A DNA stretch of 64,000 bases from Methylothermaceae bacterium (GTDB taxonomy: Bacteria; Pseudomonadota; Gammaproteobacteria; Methylococcales; Methylothermaceae): the NCBI GenBank assembly GCA_026984375.1, contig JALSSF010000064.1, forward strand, positions 88-64,087, in the 5' to 3' direction. Each line of letters opens with the position of its first letter. Position 1 is the stretch's first letter. The notes beneath the pieces are model-generated. The model had not been told where the DNA came from. It saw only the letters and a program-made list of their open reading frames with translations, and searched no databases. A program made the position numbers and the translations under genes. Shown here one piece after another: positions 24,574 through 34,071 of the stretch.

Positions 24574-24988
24574 GTATCTGGCGGCGGCGGATCTGGTGGC
24601 CGCCCTGGGGGAGCGGCGGCTGCTGCAGCGTACCGACCGCGACGGCGACGGCCGCCCGGACCCGTCGGTGCTGCTGGCCGCCATCGACCGGGCCGAGGCG
24701 GCCCTGGAGGCCGCCTGCCGGGGGCGCTACGCCCTGCCGCTGACCCGGGTGGACGCCGAGACCCGCGGCCGCCTGATCGATCTGGCGGTCTATCACCTGT
24801 TCCGCGACCGGGCCACCGACCGGATGCGTGCCGACTACGAGGCCGCCCTGGCCTGGCTGGACAAGGTGGCGGCGGGCCGGGTCCGGCTGGCTGCCGACCC
24901 GCCGCCTTCGGGCGGCGCTCCGGCGCGGGTGGTCGCCGCCGGCGACGCCCGGGATCTGACTCGGGACGGGTTGAGGCGGCTGCTGTGA
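24566..24988 (+). CDS. Head-tail adaptor (Mu gp36/DUF1320-like)
   Basis: YL...DLV...GE..L...TDR...RYALPL...DLAVYHL...YE.AL.WL..VA.G. Confidence 0.88.
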   Translation: MAEYLAAADLVAALGERRLLQRTDRDGDGRPDPSVLLAAIDRAEAALEAACRGRYALPLTRVDAETRGRLIDLAVYHLFRDRATDRMRADYEAALAWLDKVAAGRVRLAADPPPSGGAPARVVAAGDARDLTRDGLRRLL

Positions 24989-25416
24989 TCGACCTGGCCC
25001 ACTGGATCGAGCGTCTGTCGATGCGGGTGCCGGCCCTGGCGGGCCGGGTCGCCGGGGCGGCGGATCTGGCGGCGGCCGCCGAAGACGCCGTGGCGCCGCC
25101 GGCGGCCTGGGTGCTGCGCGAGGACGAGCAGGCCGCCCCCAACGAGCGCCTGCAGGGTCCGGTGCGGCAGCGGCTGCGTTGCCGCGTCAGCGTTGTACTG
25201 GCGGTCGAGAACGTCGCCGACGCCCGGGGCGAGGCCGCCGACGCCGATCTTTTGGCCCTGCGCCGCGCCGTGTTCGCCGCCCTGATCGGCTGGACGCCGC
25301 CGGGGGCGGAGACGCCCGTCGAGCTGGCCGCCGGCGGCCGGCTGGGATTCGACGATCAGATCCTGTGGTGGGGCGACCTGTTCACCACCTACACCTGGAT
25401 GGAGCAAACCCCATGA
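24985..25416 (+). CDS. Tail terminator/completion protein (Mu gp37-like)
   Basis: Position after gp36; PPAAWV...VSVVLAV...ALIGWTP. Confidence 0.75.
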   Translation: MIDLAHWIERLSMRVPALAGRVAGAADLAAAAEDAVAPPAAWVLREDEQAAPNERLQGPVRQRLRCRVSVVLAVENVADARGEAADADLLALRRAVFAALIGWTPPGAETPVELAAGGRLGFDDQILWWGDLFTTYTWMEQTP

Positions 25417-25745
25417 CCGATATCGCCACTCTTTCCCTGTACCGGGGCGACACCCTGAAATACACCTGGTCACGCGCCGGATCGACCCCGGATCTGGCGG
25501 GAGCGACGGCCCGGATGCAGATCCGCGACCGCTACCGCAACCTGCTGGCGGACGCCGCGGCGGTCGGTTCGATCGCCGTCGATCCGGCCGCCGGCACCGT
25601 CACCGTGACCCTGCCGGCGGCGGTCACCGCCCAGTTCCCACCGGGCGCGCACAAGTTCGACCTGGAGCTGACCCTGGCCGACGGCACCGTGGTCACGGTG
25701 GCGGCCGGGTTCGTCCAGGTGCTCGAAGACGTCACCCACAACTAG
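25413..25745 (+). CDS. Virion-associated beta-rich (Ig/BppU-like) protein
   Basis: YRGDT...DL.GATARMQIR...G...V...FDLEL...G.V. Confidence 0.6.
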   Translation: MTDIATLSLYRGDTLKYTWSRAGSTPDLAGATARMQIRDRYRNLLADAAAVGSIAVDPAAGTVTVTLPAAVTAQFPPGAHKFDLELTLADGTVVTVAAGFVQVLEDVTHN

Positions 25746-25754
25746 GAGCGACCC

Positions 25755-25886
25755 ATGCGACAAGGCGGCAGTTACCGCATCGAGAAGAAGGGGCAGAAAC
25801 CTAAGCTGATCGAACGCACCAGGCCGGTGCCGGATCAGGCCAAGCCCCGATCGCAATCCAACCCCAAAACTGACGGAGGCAAGTGA
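25755..25886 (+). CDS. Small 43-aa protein (absent from the ORF track)
   Basis: AGGAG RBS; MRQGGSYRIEKKG...; stop overlaps the tail tube start. Confidence 0.55.
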   Translation: MRQGGSYRIEKKGQKPKLIERTRPVPDQAKPRSQSNPKTDGGK

Positions 25887-26836
25887 TGGCCCTGCTGGCG
25901 AGAAAGAAGATCCTGCTGGCCAAGATCGAGGCCACCTACGGCACCGACGCCGCCCCCGCCGGGGCCGACGCGGTGCTGGTCTCGGAACTCAACCTCTCGC
26001 CCCTGGAGGCCCAAACGGTGCAGCGGAACAACATCCGCCCCTACCTGGGTCGCGACCTGGAGATCCACGTGGGCGAGCACGTCAAGGTCGATTTCCAGGT
26101 GGAAGTGGCCGGCTCCGGCACCTCGGGCGCATCGATCACCGCCCCGGCCTGGGGCAAGCTGATGCGCGGCTGCGGGTTCGCCGAGACGGTGGACACCGCC
26201 ACCGCCGGCAGCGAGCACGTGCGCTACGAGCCGGTCTCGTCCGGCTTCGAGTCCCTGACGCTGTATTTCAACCTGGACGGCCAGCTCCACAAGATCACCG
26301 GGGCCCGGGGCACGGTGAAGGTGAACCTGGGGGTCAACCAGATCCCCCACTTCCAGTTCGAGTTCACCGGCCTGTACAACGGGCCGACGGCCACCCCGGC
26401 GGTCACCCCGAATTTCTCCGCCTTCCAGACGCCCGAGCCGGCCGGGCCCGGCAAGACCTCCGGCTTCAGCTTCCAGGGTTATGCCGGGATTCCCATTTCG
26501 GTGGAAATCGACCTGGCCAACGATGTGGTCTATCACCAGACCCTCACCACCCAGGAAGTGCTCATCACCGACCGCAAGACCTCCGGCCAGCTCACCATCG
26601 AGGCCCCCAGCGTGGCCACCAAGGATTTCTGGGCCGACACCCTGGCCAACACCGCCGGGGCGTTCGCCATCCAGCAGGGGCAGACCGCCGGCAACATCGT
26701 CCTCTTCGAGGCTCCACGGGTTCAGGCGCTCCAGCCCAAGTACGGCGAGGCCGACGGCATCGCCACCCTGGAGATGGGGCTGGCCTTCGTGCCCACCGAC
26801 GCCGGTGACGACGAGCTGACGATCAGGCTGATTTAA
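25886..26836 (+). CDS. Major tail tube protein (non-contractile type)
   Basis: Position before chaperone/TMP; LLAKIE.TYGTD...; no sheath gene present. Confidence 0.85.
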   Translation: MALLARKKILLAKIEATYGTDAAPAGADAVLVSELNLSPLEAQTVQRNNIRPYLGRDLEIHVGEHVKVDFQVEVAGSGTSGASITAPAWGKLMRGCGFAETVDTATAGSEHVRYEPVSSGFESLTLYFNLDGQLHKITGARGTVKVNLGVNQIPHFQFEFTGLYNGPTATPAVTPNFSAFQTPEPAGPGKTSGFSFQGYAGIPISVEIDLANDVVYHQTLTTQEVLITDRKTSGQLTIEAPSVATKDFWADTLANTAGAFAIQQGQTAGNIVLFEAPRVQALQPKYGEADGIATLEMGLAFVPTDAGDDELTIRLI

Positions 26837-26847
26837 GGGGGGGATGA

Positions 26848-27153
26848 ATGGGCTTCAAAATCGCCTCGCTTCAGGATCTGACCTTCAAGCACCCGGTCAA
26901 GATCGCCGGATCGGAGATCGAGTGCGAATTCCGGGTTCTCGACGACGACAGTCTGGCGAAACTGGCCGAGCGCGGCGACACCCCGTTCATTCAGGCGGTG
27001 CTGAAAAGTTGGGATGGGGTGGAGGACGACGACGGCAGCCCCGCGCCGTGCGGTCCGGCGCAGATCGCCGCCCTGTGCCGATACGCCATCGCCCGTCAGG
27101 CGATTCTCAAGGCGTACTGGCAGGGGCTGCAACAGGCCGCCGAGGGAAACTGA
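26848..27153 (+). CDS. Tail assembly chaperone (gpG-like)
   Basis: Between tail tube and TMP; ends GAG GGA AAC TGA. Confidence 0.8.
   Translation: MGFKIASLQDLTFKHPVKIAGSEIECEFRVLDDDSLAKLAERGDTPFIQAVLKSWDGVEDDDGSPAPCGPAQIAALCRYAIARQAILKAYWQGLQQAAEGN
27144..27150 (+). promoter_or_regulatory. -1 programmed ribosomal frameshift site G GGA AAC
   Basis: X XXY YYZ heptamer just before the chaperone stop; the -1 frame stays open to 27470. Confidence 0.8.
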
Positions 27154-27470
27154 GGCAGGCCGTCCGCCACCTGATCGCGGGCGGCCGCGGCGACGAGCTG
27201 ATCGAAGACGCCCGCGCCCTGGGGGCGCCCGAGTCGGTCCTGGCCGAGCTGCGCCGCCGGGCCACCTTCGCCTTGTGGCCCCGGAACGTCAGAATCCTGG
27301 AAGCCTTCGTGCTCGTGGCCGGTCAGTGGCGCCGGGACGGTAGGGGTCGGATCGTGGCGTTGGACTACGCCGCGGTCGAGGCGGGGCTCAGGATGGCCGG
27401 GATCGCCGTGGACCGGGAACTGTTCGAGGGTTTGAGAATCTGCGAGCGGGAGGTGCTGGCGCATGGCTGA
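27147..27470 (+). CDS. Frameshift extension of the tail chaperone (gpGT-like, DUF1799-like)
   Basis: LWPRN...F....QWR...ALDY.AV...F..LRI.EREVL; no independent start. Confidence 0.75.
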   Translation, partial: KLRQAVRHLIAGGRGDELIEDARALGAPESVLAELRRRATFALWPRNVRILEAFVLVAGQWRRDGRGRIVALDYAAVEAGLRMAGIAVDRELFEGLRICEREVLAHG

Positions 27471-30400
27471 AATGGAATTGCGGCTGCGGCTGACGGCCAC
27501 CGACCAGGGGCTGAAAGCCCAGGTCGTCGACGCCCAAGGTAAGCTCCGTGACCTTGGCCAAAGCGGCGAGCGCGCCGGCGGCCGGGTCGCCGGCGGCATG
27601 AGGCGGGCCGGCGCCGGGGTCGAGCGTCTGGCCCGGTCGATCGATTCGGTCAAGCGGCTGCTGATCGGATTCGCCTCGATCCAGTTCGCCCGGGGATTGG
27701 TCGGGCAGCTGAGCGCGACCGCCGATTCCGCCGCCAACCTGGCCGCCCGTATCCGCCTGGTCACCGATTCACAGGCCGAGTTCAATCAGGTCCAGGACGA
27801 GCTGTTCCGGATCGCCCAGCGCACCCGCGCCCCCCTCGAGGCCACCGCCGATCTCTACGCCCGCATGGGGCCGGCGCTGAAACGGATCACCGGCTCCACC
27901 GGCGAGGCGCTGCGGGTGGTCGAGACCATCAACCAGGCCCTGGCCACCTCCGGGGCGACCGCCGCCGAGTCGTCCGGGGCCCTGCTGCAACTGTCCCAGG
28001 CCCTGGCCGCCGGCGCCCTGCGCGGCGACGAGTTCAATTCGGTGATGGAGGGGGCTCCCGGCATCATGCGGGCCATCGCCGACGGCCTGGGCGTGCCCAT
28101 CGGCAAGCTGCGCGAGCTGGCCAACGCGGGCAAATTGACCGCCGAGGTGGTGGTCGGCGCGCTGCAAAAATCGCGCGATTCGGTGCAACGGGCGTTTTCC
28201 GAAATGCCGCTCACCATCGGCGGGGCGCTGCAACAGGTGGAAAACCGCTGGCTCCAGCTCATCGGCCGGATGGACAGCGCCTCGGGGGTCAGCCGCCAGG
28301 TGGCCGAGGCCATCGCCTCGGCGGCCGACTACATGGACGAGGCTCTGGCGGCGGTGGTGTTCACCGCCAACGCGGTCACCGGGGCGATCCGCGGCATCGC
28401 CGGCACCGCCAGCATGGTGATCGGCGGGGTGCTGGATCTGCTCGACACCCTGACCCTGGGGCTGTCCGACACCCTGGGGAATCTGGTCGAATCGTTCCGG
28501 GCCGCCGCCGAGGTCAATTTCAAGGGACTGGCCCAGGACATCGACGACGCCAACGCCGCCTTCCGCCAGCTGACCGGCGCCACGGACGCCGCCTCGGTCG
28601 CCGCCGGCCGGGCGGGCGAACAGGTGGCCCGCATCGAAGACCGGGTGCGGTCCGCCTCGGCCACCGCCGCCGCCTCCGATCTGCTGCCCCAGGTGGATAC
28701 TGCCAAGCTGGCCGAATTCGAGGCTGGCCTGCGGCGCCAGGCCGTGGCCCTCGAGCGCCTACGGGACGCCGCCCTGGCGGGGCAGGAGCCGCTCCGGGCG
28801 CTGCAGGTTTTGCAGCAGACCGACAACGACCTGCGCCGGACCGGCATCGACCTGACCTCGAGCCAGGCGGCCGCCTACCGCGCCGTCGCCCTGGCCCTGC
28901 AGCAGAACCGGGACGCCCTCCAGCAGACCGCCGGATTGGTCGAGCGGGAAAACGCCGCCTACCGCACCCGGCTGGCCAATCTGAAGGCGTTTTACGACGC
29001 CGGCCTGATCGACCAGAAAACCTATCACAGCCAGGCCGAGCAGGCGGCCCGGGCCCACCAGAAGCGCCTGGCGCAAATCGAGCGGCAGGGCGCCGCCCTC
29101 CGCAAGGAGAACGAACGCTACGCCCAGCGCCTGGCCCTGATCGAGGCCGCCTACCGACGCGAAGAGCTGAGCGCCGCCGAGCACCAGCGCCGCCTCGAGG
29201 CCCTGGAAGCCGAGCACCAGCAGCGCCTCGCCGCGATCCACGCCCAATACCGCCAGGCGGATCAGGCCGCCTACCAGCAGTACCTGGCCGGTCTCATCGC
29301 CCAGGCGGAACAGGCGTATCAGACGCGCCTGCAGGCGTTGAAGCTGGCCCTGGACCAGGGGCTGGTGAGCGAGGCCGAATACCGCCGCCAGGTGGAGGAA
29401 CTGGAACAGCGCCACGCCGCCAACCTGGCCCAGATCCGCCAAAACGCCCTGCAGCAATACCTGCAGCAGCTCGACCGCCAGGCCCAGGCCGCCGAACAGG
29501 CCGCCGGCATCCGCCGCCAGGCAGCCGAGGAAACCGCCAGGGCCGAGGTCGAGGCGGCGGTCCAGGCCGGCCAGGGGGTGTCCGACGCCGCCCGGCAGGC
29601 GGCCGACAACGTCCAGCAGGCGTTCGCCCGCGCCGCCGAGGGGGCCGGTCAAGCGCTGGTCTCCATCGCCCAGACGGCGGAAAACGCCTTCGCCCAGGTG
29701 CAGGTGAACGTGGGACAGGCGGTCGCCGCCGTGCAGACCGGCTTGCAGTCGGTTGCCGGGCAACAGAATACCGGTAATCCGGTGTTCTCCGATAGCGTAT
29801 ATCAGTGGTTGGCCAAGGCCAACCCGATCGGTCAGGTGATCTCCGGTTCGTTCCGCCTGCCGGACGGGACGCAACTGGCGACCGACCCAAGCCAGCTGAT
29901 GTTCGGCGGCGAACAGGCGATTTTGCGGTGGTTGAACCAGTTCAATGCGCTGAACGATCGCCCGATGCAAGGCGGTCTCTGGCCGGGCGGTCCCGGCTGG
30001 GACCTGTTGCAGCAATACCTGCACAAACCGCTGCCGGTATCGGTCATTTCCGGGGGCAAGACCGTCGGGGAGGTGAGCCTGACCAGCGCCGAAATCGAAC
30101 GGCTGCTGGAATACAACGACGCCCTGGACCGGGCGAAGAAGCTGCAACAGGAGATCGACCGGGCCGCGAAAAAATACCCGTCCGATATCGCCGACAAGAT
30201 CCGCGCCAATCTGCAGACGCAGCTCGATGCGCTGATCGCCAAGTTTCCCGACATCAAAAAAGCGCTGCAAGACAGTCTGGGTGAGATCAAGCTGCCAAAA
30301 ATCGAATTACCGAAGATCGAGCTGCCGAAGATCGAGTTGCCCAAGATCGACCCAACCGCGCCTGCCGCCCCAACAAGCCCGGCGCCGGTGATCCGGCCGG

Positions 30401-31284
30401 GGGCGCCGGTGAGGCCGCCGCCGTCTCCGAAGCCGCCGCCCACGCCCACGCCCCCAACGCCGGCGCCGGTGATCCGGCCCCACCGGCCGACGTTCATTGA
30501 GCGCCCGGACGGGTCGGTGGTGCGGCTCGACGACGCGCCGGACAAAGAACGGCTGAAGAAGGCCGAAAAGGACTATCTGGCGTATCTGAAAAAGCTGGAG
30601 GACCTGCGCCGCGGCAGCCTGATCGACCGGCGGCGGCGGGAGACCCGGGACGAACGGAAACGCCTGGATGACAGCGAGCGCCGCTATGACGACCATCTGC
30701 GCCGCCGCGCCGACCGCTGGCGGGCGCTGCACGACGATATGACCGCCGTCGGCCGGCGCGCCGCCGCCGACTATCTGGACGCCTGGGCGGCGACCCTGGA
30801 TGCATTGTTGCAGCAGGCGGGCGATTTCGCCACAACGCTGCCGCAACCGGAAACGCCTGTGTCCGGGGCGGAGACGCCGGCGCCGGAATCCGACCGTCCG
30901 CCCGCGCCGGTCGCTCCAATCCGTCCAACCCCGCCCATTCGTCCCATCTATTTCTCCGCCGCCGGGCTGCCGCGTTATCATTCCGGCGGCGTCGCCGGCC
31001 TGAAACCGGACGAGGTGCCGGCCATCCTCCAGAAGGGCGAGCTGATCCTGACGCCGCAGCAGGCCCGGATGCTGGCCCCGGCCGGCCGCACCCGGGTCGA
31101 GGTGCACGTCCACAACCACGCCGGAGTCGCCGTCGAAACCCGGGAAACCGCCACCGCCGCCGGCACCCGCATCGACATTGATCTGCTGGCCGAACAGATC
31201 GAGGACCGCATCGGCCGCCGCCTGGCGGAAGGGCGCGGTCTGGCCCGGGCCCGGTCGCCCTACGACCTGGGGGCGTTCTCGTGA
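27463..31284 (+). CDS. Tape measure protein
   Basis: Tape-measure motif QLSQALAAGALRGDEFNSVME; long Ala/Gln helical region; C-terminal PRYHSGG...DEVPAILQKGE. Confidence 0.93.
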   Translation: MAEMELRLRLTATDQGLKAQVVDAQGKLRDLGQSGERAGGRVAGGMRRAGAGVERLARSIDSVKRLLIGFASIQFARGLVGQLSATADSAANLAARIRLVTDSQAEFNQVQDELFRIAQRTRAPLEATADLYARMGPALKRITGSTGEALRVVETINQALATSGATAAESSGALLQLSQALAAGALRGDEFNSVMEGAPGIMRAIADGLGVPIGKLRELANAGKLTAEVVVGALQKSRDSVQRAFSEMPLTIGGALQQVENRWLQLIGRMDSASGVSRQVAEAIASAADYMDEALAAVVFTANAVTGAIRGIAGTASMVIGGVLDLLDTLTLGLSDTLGNLVESFRAAAEVNFKGLAQDIDDANAAFRQLTGATDAASVAAGRAGEQVARIEDRVRSASATAAASDLLPQVDTAKLAEFEAGLRRQAVALERLRDAALAGQEPLRALQVLQQTDNDLRRTGIDLTSSQAAAYRAVALALQQNRDALQQTAGLVERENAAYRTRLANLKAFYDAGLIDQKTYHSQAEQAARAHQKRLAQIERQGAALRKENERYAQRLALIEAAYRREELSAAEHQRRLEALEAEHQQRLAAIHAQYRQADQAAYQQYLAGLIAQAEQAYQTRLQALKLALDQGLVSEAEYRRQVEELEQRHAANLAQIRQNALQQYLQQLDRQAQAAEQAAGIRRQAAEETARAEVEAAVQAGQGVSDAARQAADNVQQAFARAAEGAGQALVSIAQTAENAFAQVQVNVGQAVAAVQTGLQSVAGQQNTGNPVFSDSVYQWLAKANPIGQVISGSFRLPDGTQLATDPSQLMFGGEQAILRWLNQFNALNDRPMQGGLWPGGPGWDLLQQYLHKPLPVSVISGGKTVGEVSLTSAEIERLLEYNDALDRAKKLQQEIDRAAKKYPSDIADKIRANLQTQLDALIAKFPDIKKALQDSLGEIKLPKIELPKIELPKIELPKIDPTAPAAPTSPAPVIRPGAPVRPPPSPKPPPTPTPPTPAPVIRPHRPTFIERPDGSVVRLDDAPDKERLKKAEKDYLAYLKKLEDLRRGSLIDRRRRETRDERKRLDDSERRYDDHLRRRADRWRALHDDMTAVGRRAAADYLDAWAATLDALLQQAGDFATTLPQPETPVSGAETPAPESDRPPAPVAPIRPTPPIRPIYFSAAGLPRYHSGGVAGLKPDEVPAILQKGELILTPQQARMLAPAGRTRVEVHVHNHAGVAVETRETATAAGTRIDIDLLAEQIEDRIGRRLAEGRGLARARSPYDLGAFS
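30286..30345 (+). repeat. 15-bp in-frame tandem repeat x4 (I[K/E]LPK)
   Basis: Four units with synonymous variation, followed by a Pro-rich stretch with a duplicated PAPVIRP. Confidence 0.8.
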
Positions 31285-32288
31285 CCGCCGCCTGGCCCGC
31301 CGGCCTGCCGGGACCGGGGAAGGACGTCGAGGTGCGCCTGGGCAGCGCCCTGGCGATCGATCCGGGCCGGTTCGGCCTGCGCCACCGTCGCCGGCGCATG
31401 ACGAGTCCGTGGGACACGCTGACCGGCCGCATCGTGCTTGACGACGCCCAGCGCCAGGCGCTGGCGACCTTCTTCGCCATCGATCTGTGCTTCGGCGCGC
31501 TCTGGTTCACCGCCGACTGGCTCGCCCTGGCCGGCTACCCCAACCATCAGGCGCGATTCGTCCGCCCGCCGGCCTTCGATGCGGCGGGGCAGGGCATGTG
31601 GCGCTGCCAGGTGGAACTGGAGATCCGCGACGCCGGGTTCGCCGACGACGCCGGCCTGCCGTCGCCCCATCACGATCCGGCCGTGCAGTCCGGTCCCATA
31701 TCGCCGTTCGATGGCAAGGTCTATCGATTCTACGACGATTTCAGCACCTACCAGGGCTGGACGCTGGAGGCCGGCGGCGCGCCGACGCACGATGCGGCGG
31801 CCGGGACGCTTACGTTGCCGGCCGGAACCCGGATCAGCAAGCCGCTTGGCTTTACCGCGTCGCCGATTACCGTTTTCGATGCGTTCGCGTGGGTGAGCGG
31901 CAGTGACTATTCTTACTTTTCTCTAGGTCTCTTTGACGACGCCGGGAACGGGTACGAATTCCGTATATTCCATACCTTGGGAGTATGGCTGTTCCGTTAC
32001 GATTCGGGCGTTGCCGCTCAGTTGCACTACAATGCGTCCACCCCATACGGGGGCCGCGTTTCTGTACCTATGCTGCGGGTGACCGATGCAGGGGTGCAGG
32101 GGATCGGGTGGCGCGAGTTCAGGTACACGGGTGGAATCCATGATGGGCAGCTACGCAGGTATCCCGTCAGCAATATAGCCATCACTCCCCTGATTGCCGA
32201 TACCACGTACACCGCGTTCACGAAGGTTCGGCTGATGGCTACGAATCAGCCCAAGACTGTGAGTGCTGTCGAGGTGGTGGCGTCATGA
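31281..32288 (+). CDS. Distal/minor tail protein (gpM/Dit-like N-terminus) with beta-rich C-terminal extension
   Basis: WP..LP.P start; F...L..G..WF; ARF..PP; AT-richer C-terminal module. Confidence 0.7.
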   Translation: MTAAWPAGLPGPGKDVEVRLGSALAIDPGRFGLRHRRRRMTSPWDTLTGRIVLDDAQRQALATFFAIDLCFGALWFTADWLALAGYPNHQARFVRPPAFDAAGQGMWRCQVELEIRDAGFADDAGLPSPHHDPAVQSGPISPFDGKVYRFYDDFSTYQGWTLEAGGAPTHDAAAGTLTLPAGTRISKPLGFTASPITVFDAFAWVSGSDYSYFSLGLFDDAGNGYEFRIFHTLGVWLFRYDSGVAAQLHYNASTPYGGRVSVPMLRVTDAGVQGIGWREFRYTGGIHDGQLRRYPVSNIAITPLIADTTYTAFTKVRLMATNQPKTVSAVEVVAS

Positions 32289-33478
32289 GCGCTCCCTGGC
32301 CGGATACCCTGCCTTCTCCTGCCTCCGACAGCCTCCGCGTCTCGCGTCCGGACGTGCGCACGGCCCTGGAAATGGACAACGGGTCCATCCGGCGCATCCG
32401 CCGCTCTCTTTCCGCCCCCTGGCACGTGGACGGGGAGATTTGGCTGACGCCTGACCAGAAGGCCGCCTTCGATCACTTCTATCGCTTCGAGCTGCGCGAC
32501 GGGCTGTGGTGGTTCACCGCCACCTGGATCGACGGCCTTGGCCTGACCGGCATGGCGGCCAGATTCCGCGAGCCGCCCCGGCTGGCCCGGGCCAGCGCCA
32601 CGTTGTGGAAGGCGGCGGTACGGTTCGAGGCGGTCGATGCCGCTCAGGCCGTCGATACCCAGGATTGGCCGGTGTCCAACGTGGTGTCGGCAACCGGCAT
32701 TCCGACCGATCACATCGCCTTCTGGCTCAAGCCGGACGCGCTTCCAGACCCCGTTGGCACCGATTATTTCAGTAAGCCCAGACATGCCATCCCTTCGTAT
32801 CACGATCCCTCCATAGAATCGTATTCCCGTTCGTATAGGTGCGCGGTCATGACGCAAGTCAACGGGTTCCCGGCAATCAGGACTGACGGGCTCGGGTCCA
32901 GCGGGCATCCAGCTTACGGGGCGTATGGCCCTAGTGGTTACTGGCTGTTCGACGACTGGGCAGGCGTCGATCATGCCCTGGCTATCGTTTACGGGCTGGA
33001 GTCCCCGTCGCAGTCGATGGCGTTTGGTTGGGGGGTGTCGGTCGAAAACCCTTATTCCGGGGATATAGCCGGTTCTTCGCAGGCCAATTGGTTCAGAGGC
33101 GCAGCCGTCTTGTATTCGGACGGAATCCGAATGAAACCGACATCCGCCGCCTTTTCTACCAAAAACCCCGTCAGTTTCCCAAACCCAATCCTGCGGGTCG
33201 CCGTGTTGAACATCCCGTTCAGACACGGGTTTTGCTCCGCACACCTGAACGGGACCGTTCAGGCGCTCAACCTCAGCCCGAAGGATGCTATGCCCGCAAA
33301 CAGCGGGGAAGGTGCCAACCGGTTTCCCGCTATCGTGTGCTCTTACGCTGTCGTTAGTGGGCAGCTCAAACGGTACGGGTATGTGTTGGAGGCGGTTTTG
33401 TGGCGCAGAACCTTGGCGGACACCGAGATTTCCGCCGTCACCAACCACTTCATCGACAAGTACGCCATCCCGCTATGA
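32285..33478 (+). CDS. Second gpM/Dit-like tail protein with lectin/LamG-like C-terminal extension
   Basis: N-terminal ~115 aa paralogous to the previous gene; IAFWLKPD...EAVLWRRTLADTEI resembles a concanavalin-like fold. Confidence 0.7.
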   Translation: MSAPWPDTLPSPASDSLRVSRPDVRTALEMDNGSIRRIRRSLSAPWHVDGEIWLTPDQKAAFDHFYRFELRDGLWWFTATWIDGLGLTGMAARFREPPRLARASATLWKAAVRFEAVDAAQAVDTQDWPVSNVVSATGIPTDHIAFWLKPDALPDPVGTDYFSKPRHAIPSYHDPSIESYSRSYRCAVMTQVNGFPAIRTDGLGSSGHPAYGAYGPSGYWLFDDWAGVDHALAIVYGLESPSQSMAFGWGVSVENPYSGDIAGSSQANWFRGAAVLYSDGIRMKPTSAAFSTKNPVSFPNPILRVAVLNIPFRHGFCSAHLNGTVQALNLSPKDAMPANSGEGANRFPAIVCSYAVVSGQLKRYGYVLEAVLWRRTLADTEISAVTNHFIDKYAIPL

Positions 33479-34071
33479 TCCTGTCCCTGCGCCACCGCTT
33501 CGTCTTCATCGAGAACCCCAAGGCCGGGTCGTCGTCCCTACGCGAGGCGCTGTTGCCGTTCGCCGACTTGCACACGGACCAGCCTCCATCGGCCCGGCAC
33601 CAGACCTGGCTGGAGACGCAATCGCGCCAGGCGGACGTGCTGTCCCGCGCGCGGGCCGCCGGTGTGCGGCTGTTCAAGTTCGGGGTGATCCGCGAGCCGG
33701 TCGATTGGGCCTTGAGTTGGCACGCCTTCACGTATCCGGACATGGACTTCCTGGGATGGTGGGAATCACCCCTACGGTTCCGGTTCACTGATCTGACCTG
33801 CCGGAACCAGACCTCGATGTTCGTCGGCTACGACGGGTGCCCGGCGATGGACCTGCTGATCCCGTTCGAGCGCCTGGGCGAAGCGGCGCCGGTGTTATCC
33901 CGTCGGTTGGGTCTCGACATCCGTGTGCCCCATCGCAACGCGGGCGAACATCCGAAGGCCGAGCTGGACGACGAGACGAAGCGGCGCATCCGCCGCACGC
34001 TGCAAGACGACGCCTGGTTGCACGAATACGCTTGCATCAATTGGGAGGTAACGGAAGGTGATATGGCTTGA
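33475..34071 (+). CDS. Sulfotransferase family 2 protein
   Basis: FVFIENPKAGSSSL (5'-PSB), FKFGVIREPVDWALS (3'-PB), DLLIPFERL, PHRN, D..L..Y; ATGA-coupled. Confidence 0.8.
   Translation: MILSLRHRFVFIENPKAGSSSLREALLPFADLHTDQPPSARHQTWLETQSRQADVLSRARAAGVRLFKFGVIREPVDWALSWHAFTYPDMDFLGWWESPLRFRFTDLTCRNQTSMFVGYDGCPAMDLLIPFERLGEAAPVLSRRLGLDIRVPHRNAGEHPKAELDDETKRRIRRTLQDDAWLHEYACINWEVTEGDMA

Noticed and set aside
24374-30345. Short tandem repeats as CRISPR arrays or DGR template/variable repeats
   Set aside because: They are in-frame coding repeats without spacers; no cas or reverse transcriptase gene lies in the window.
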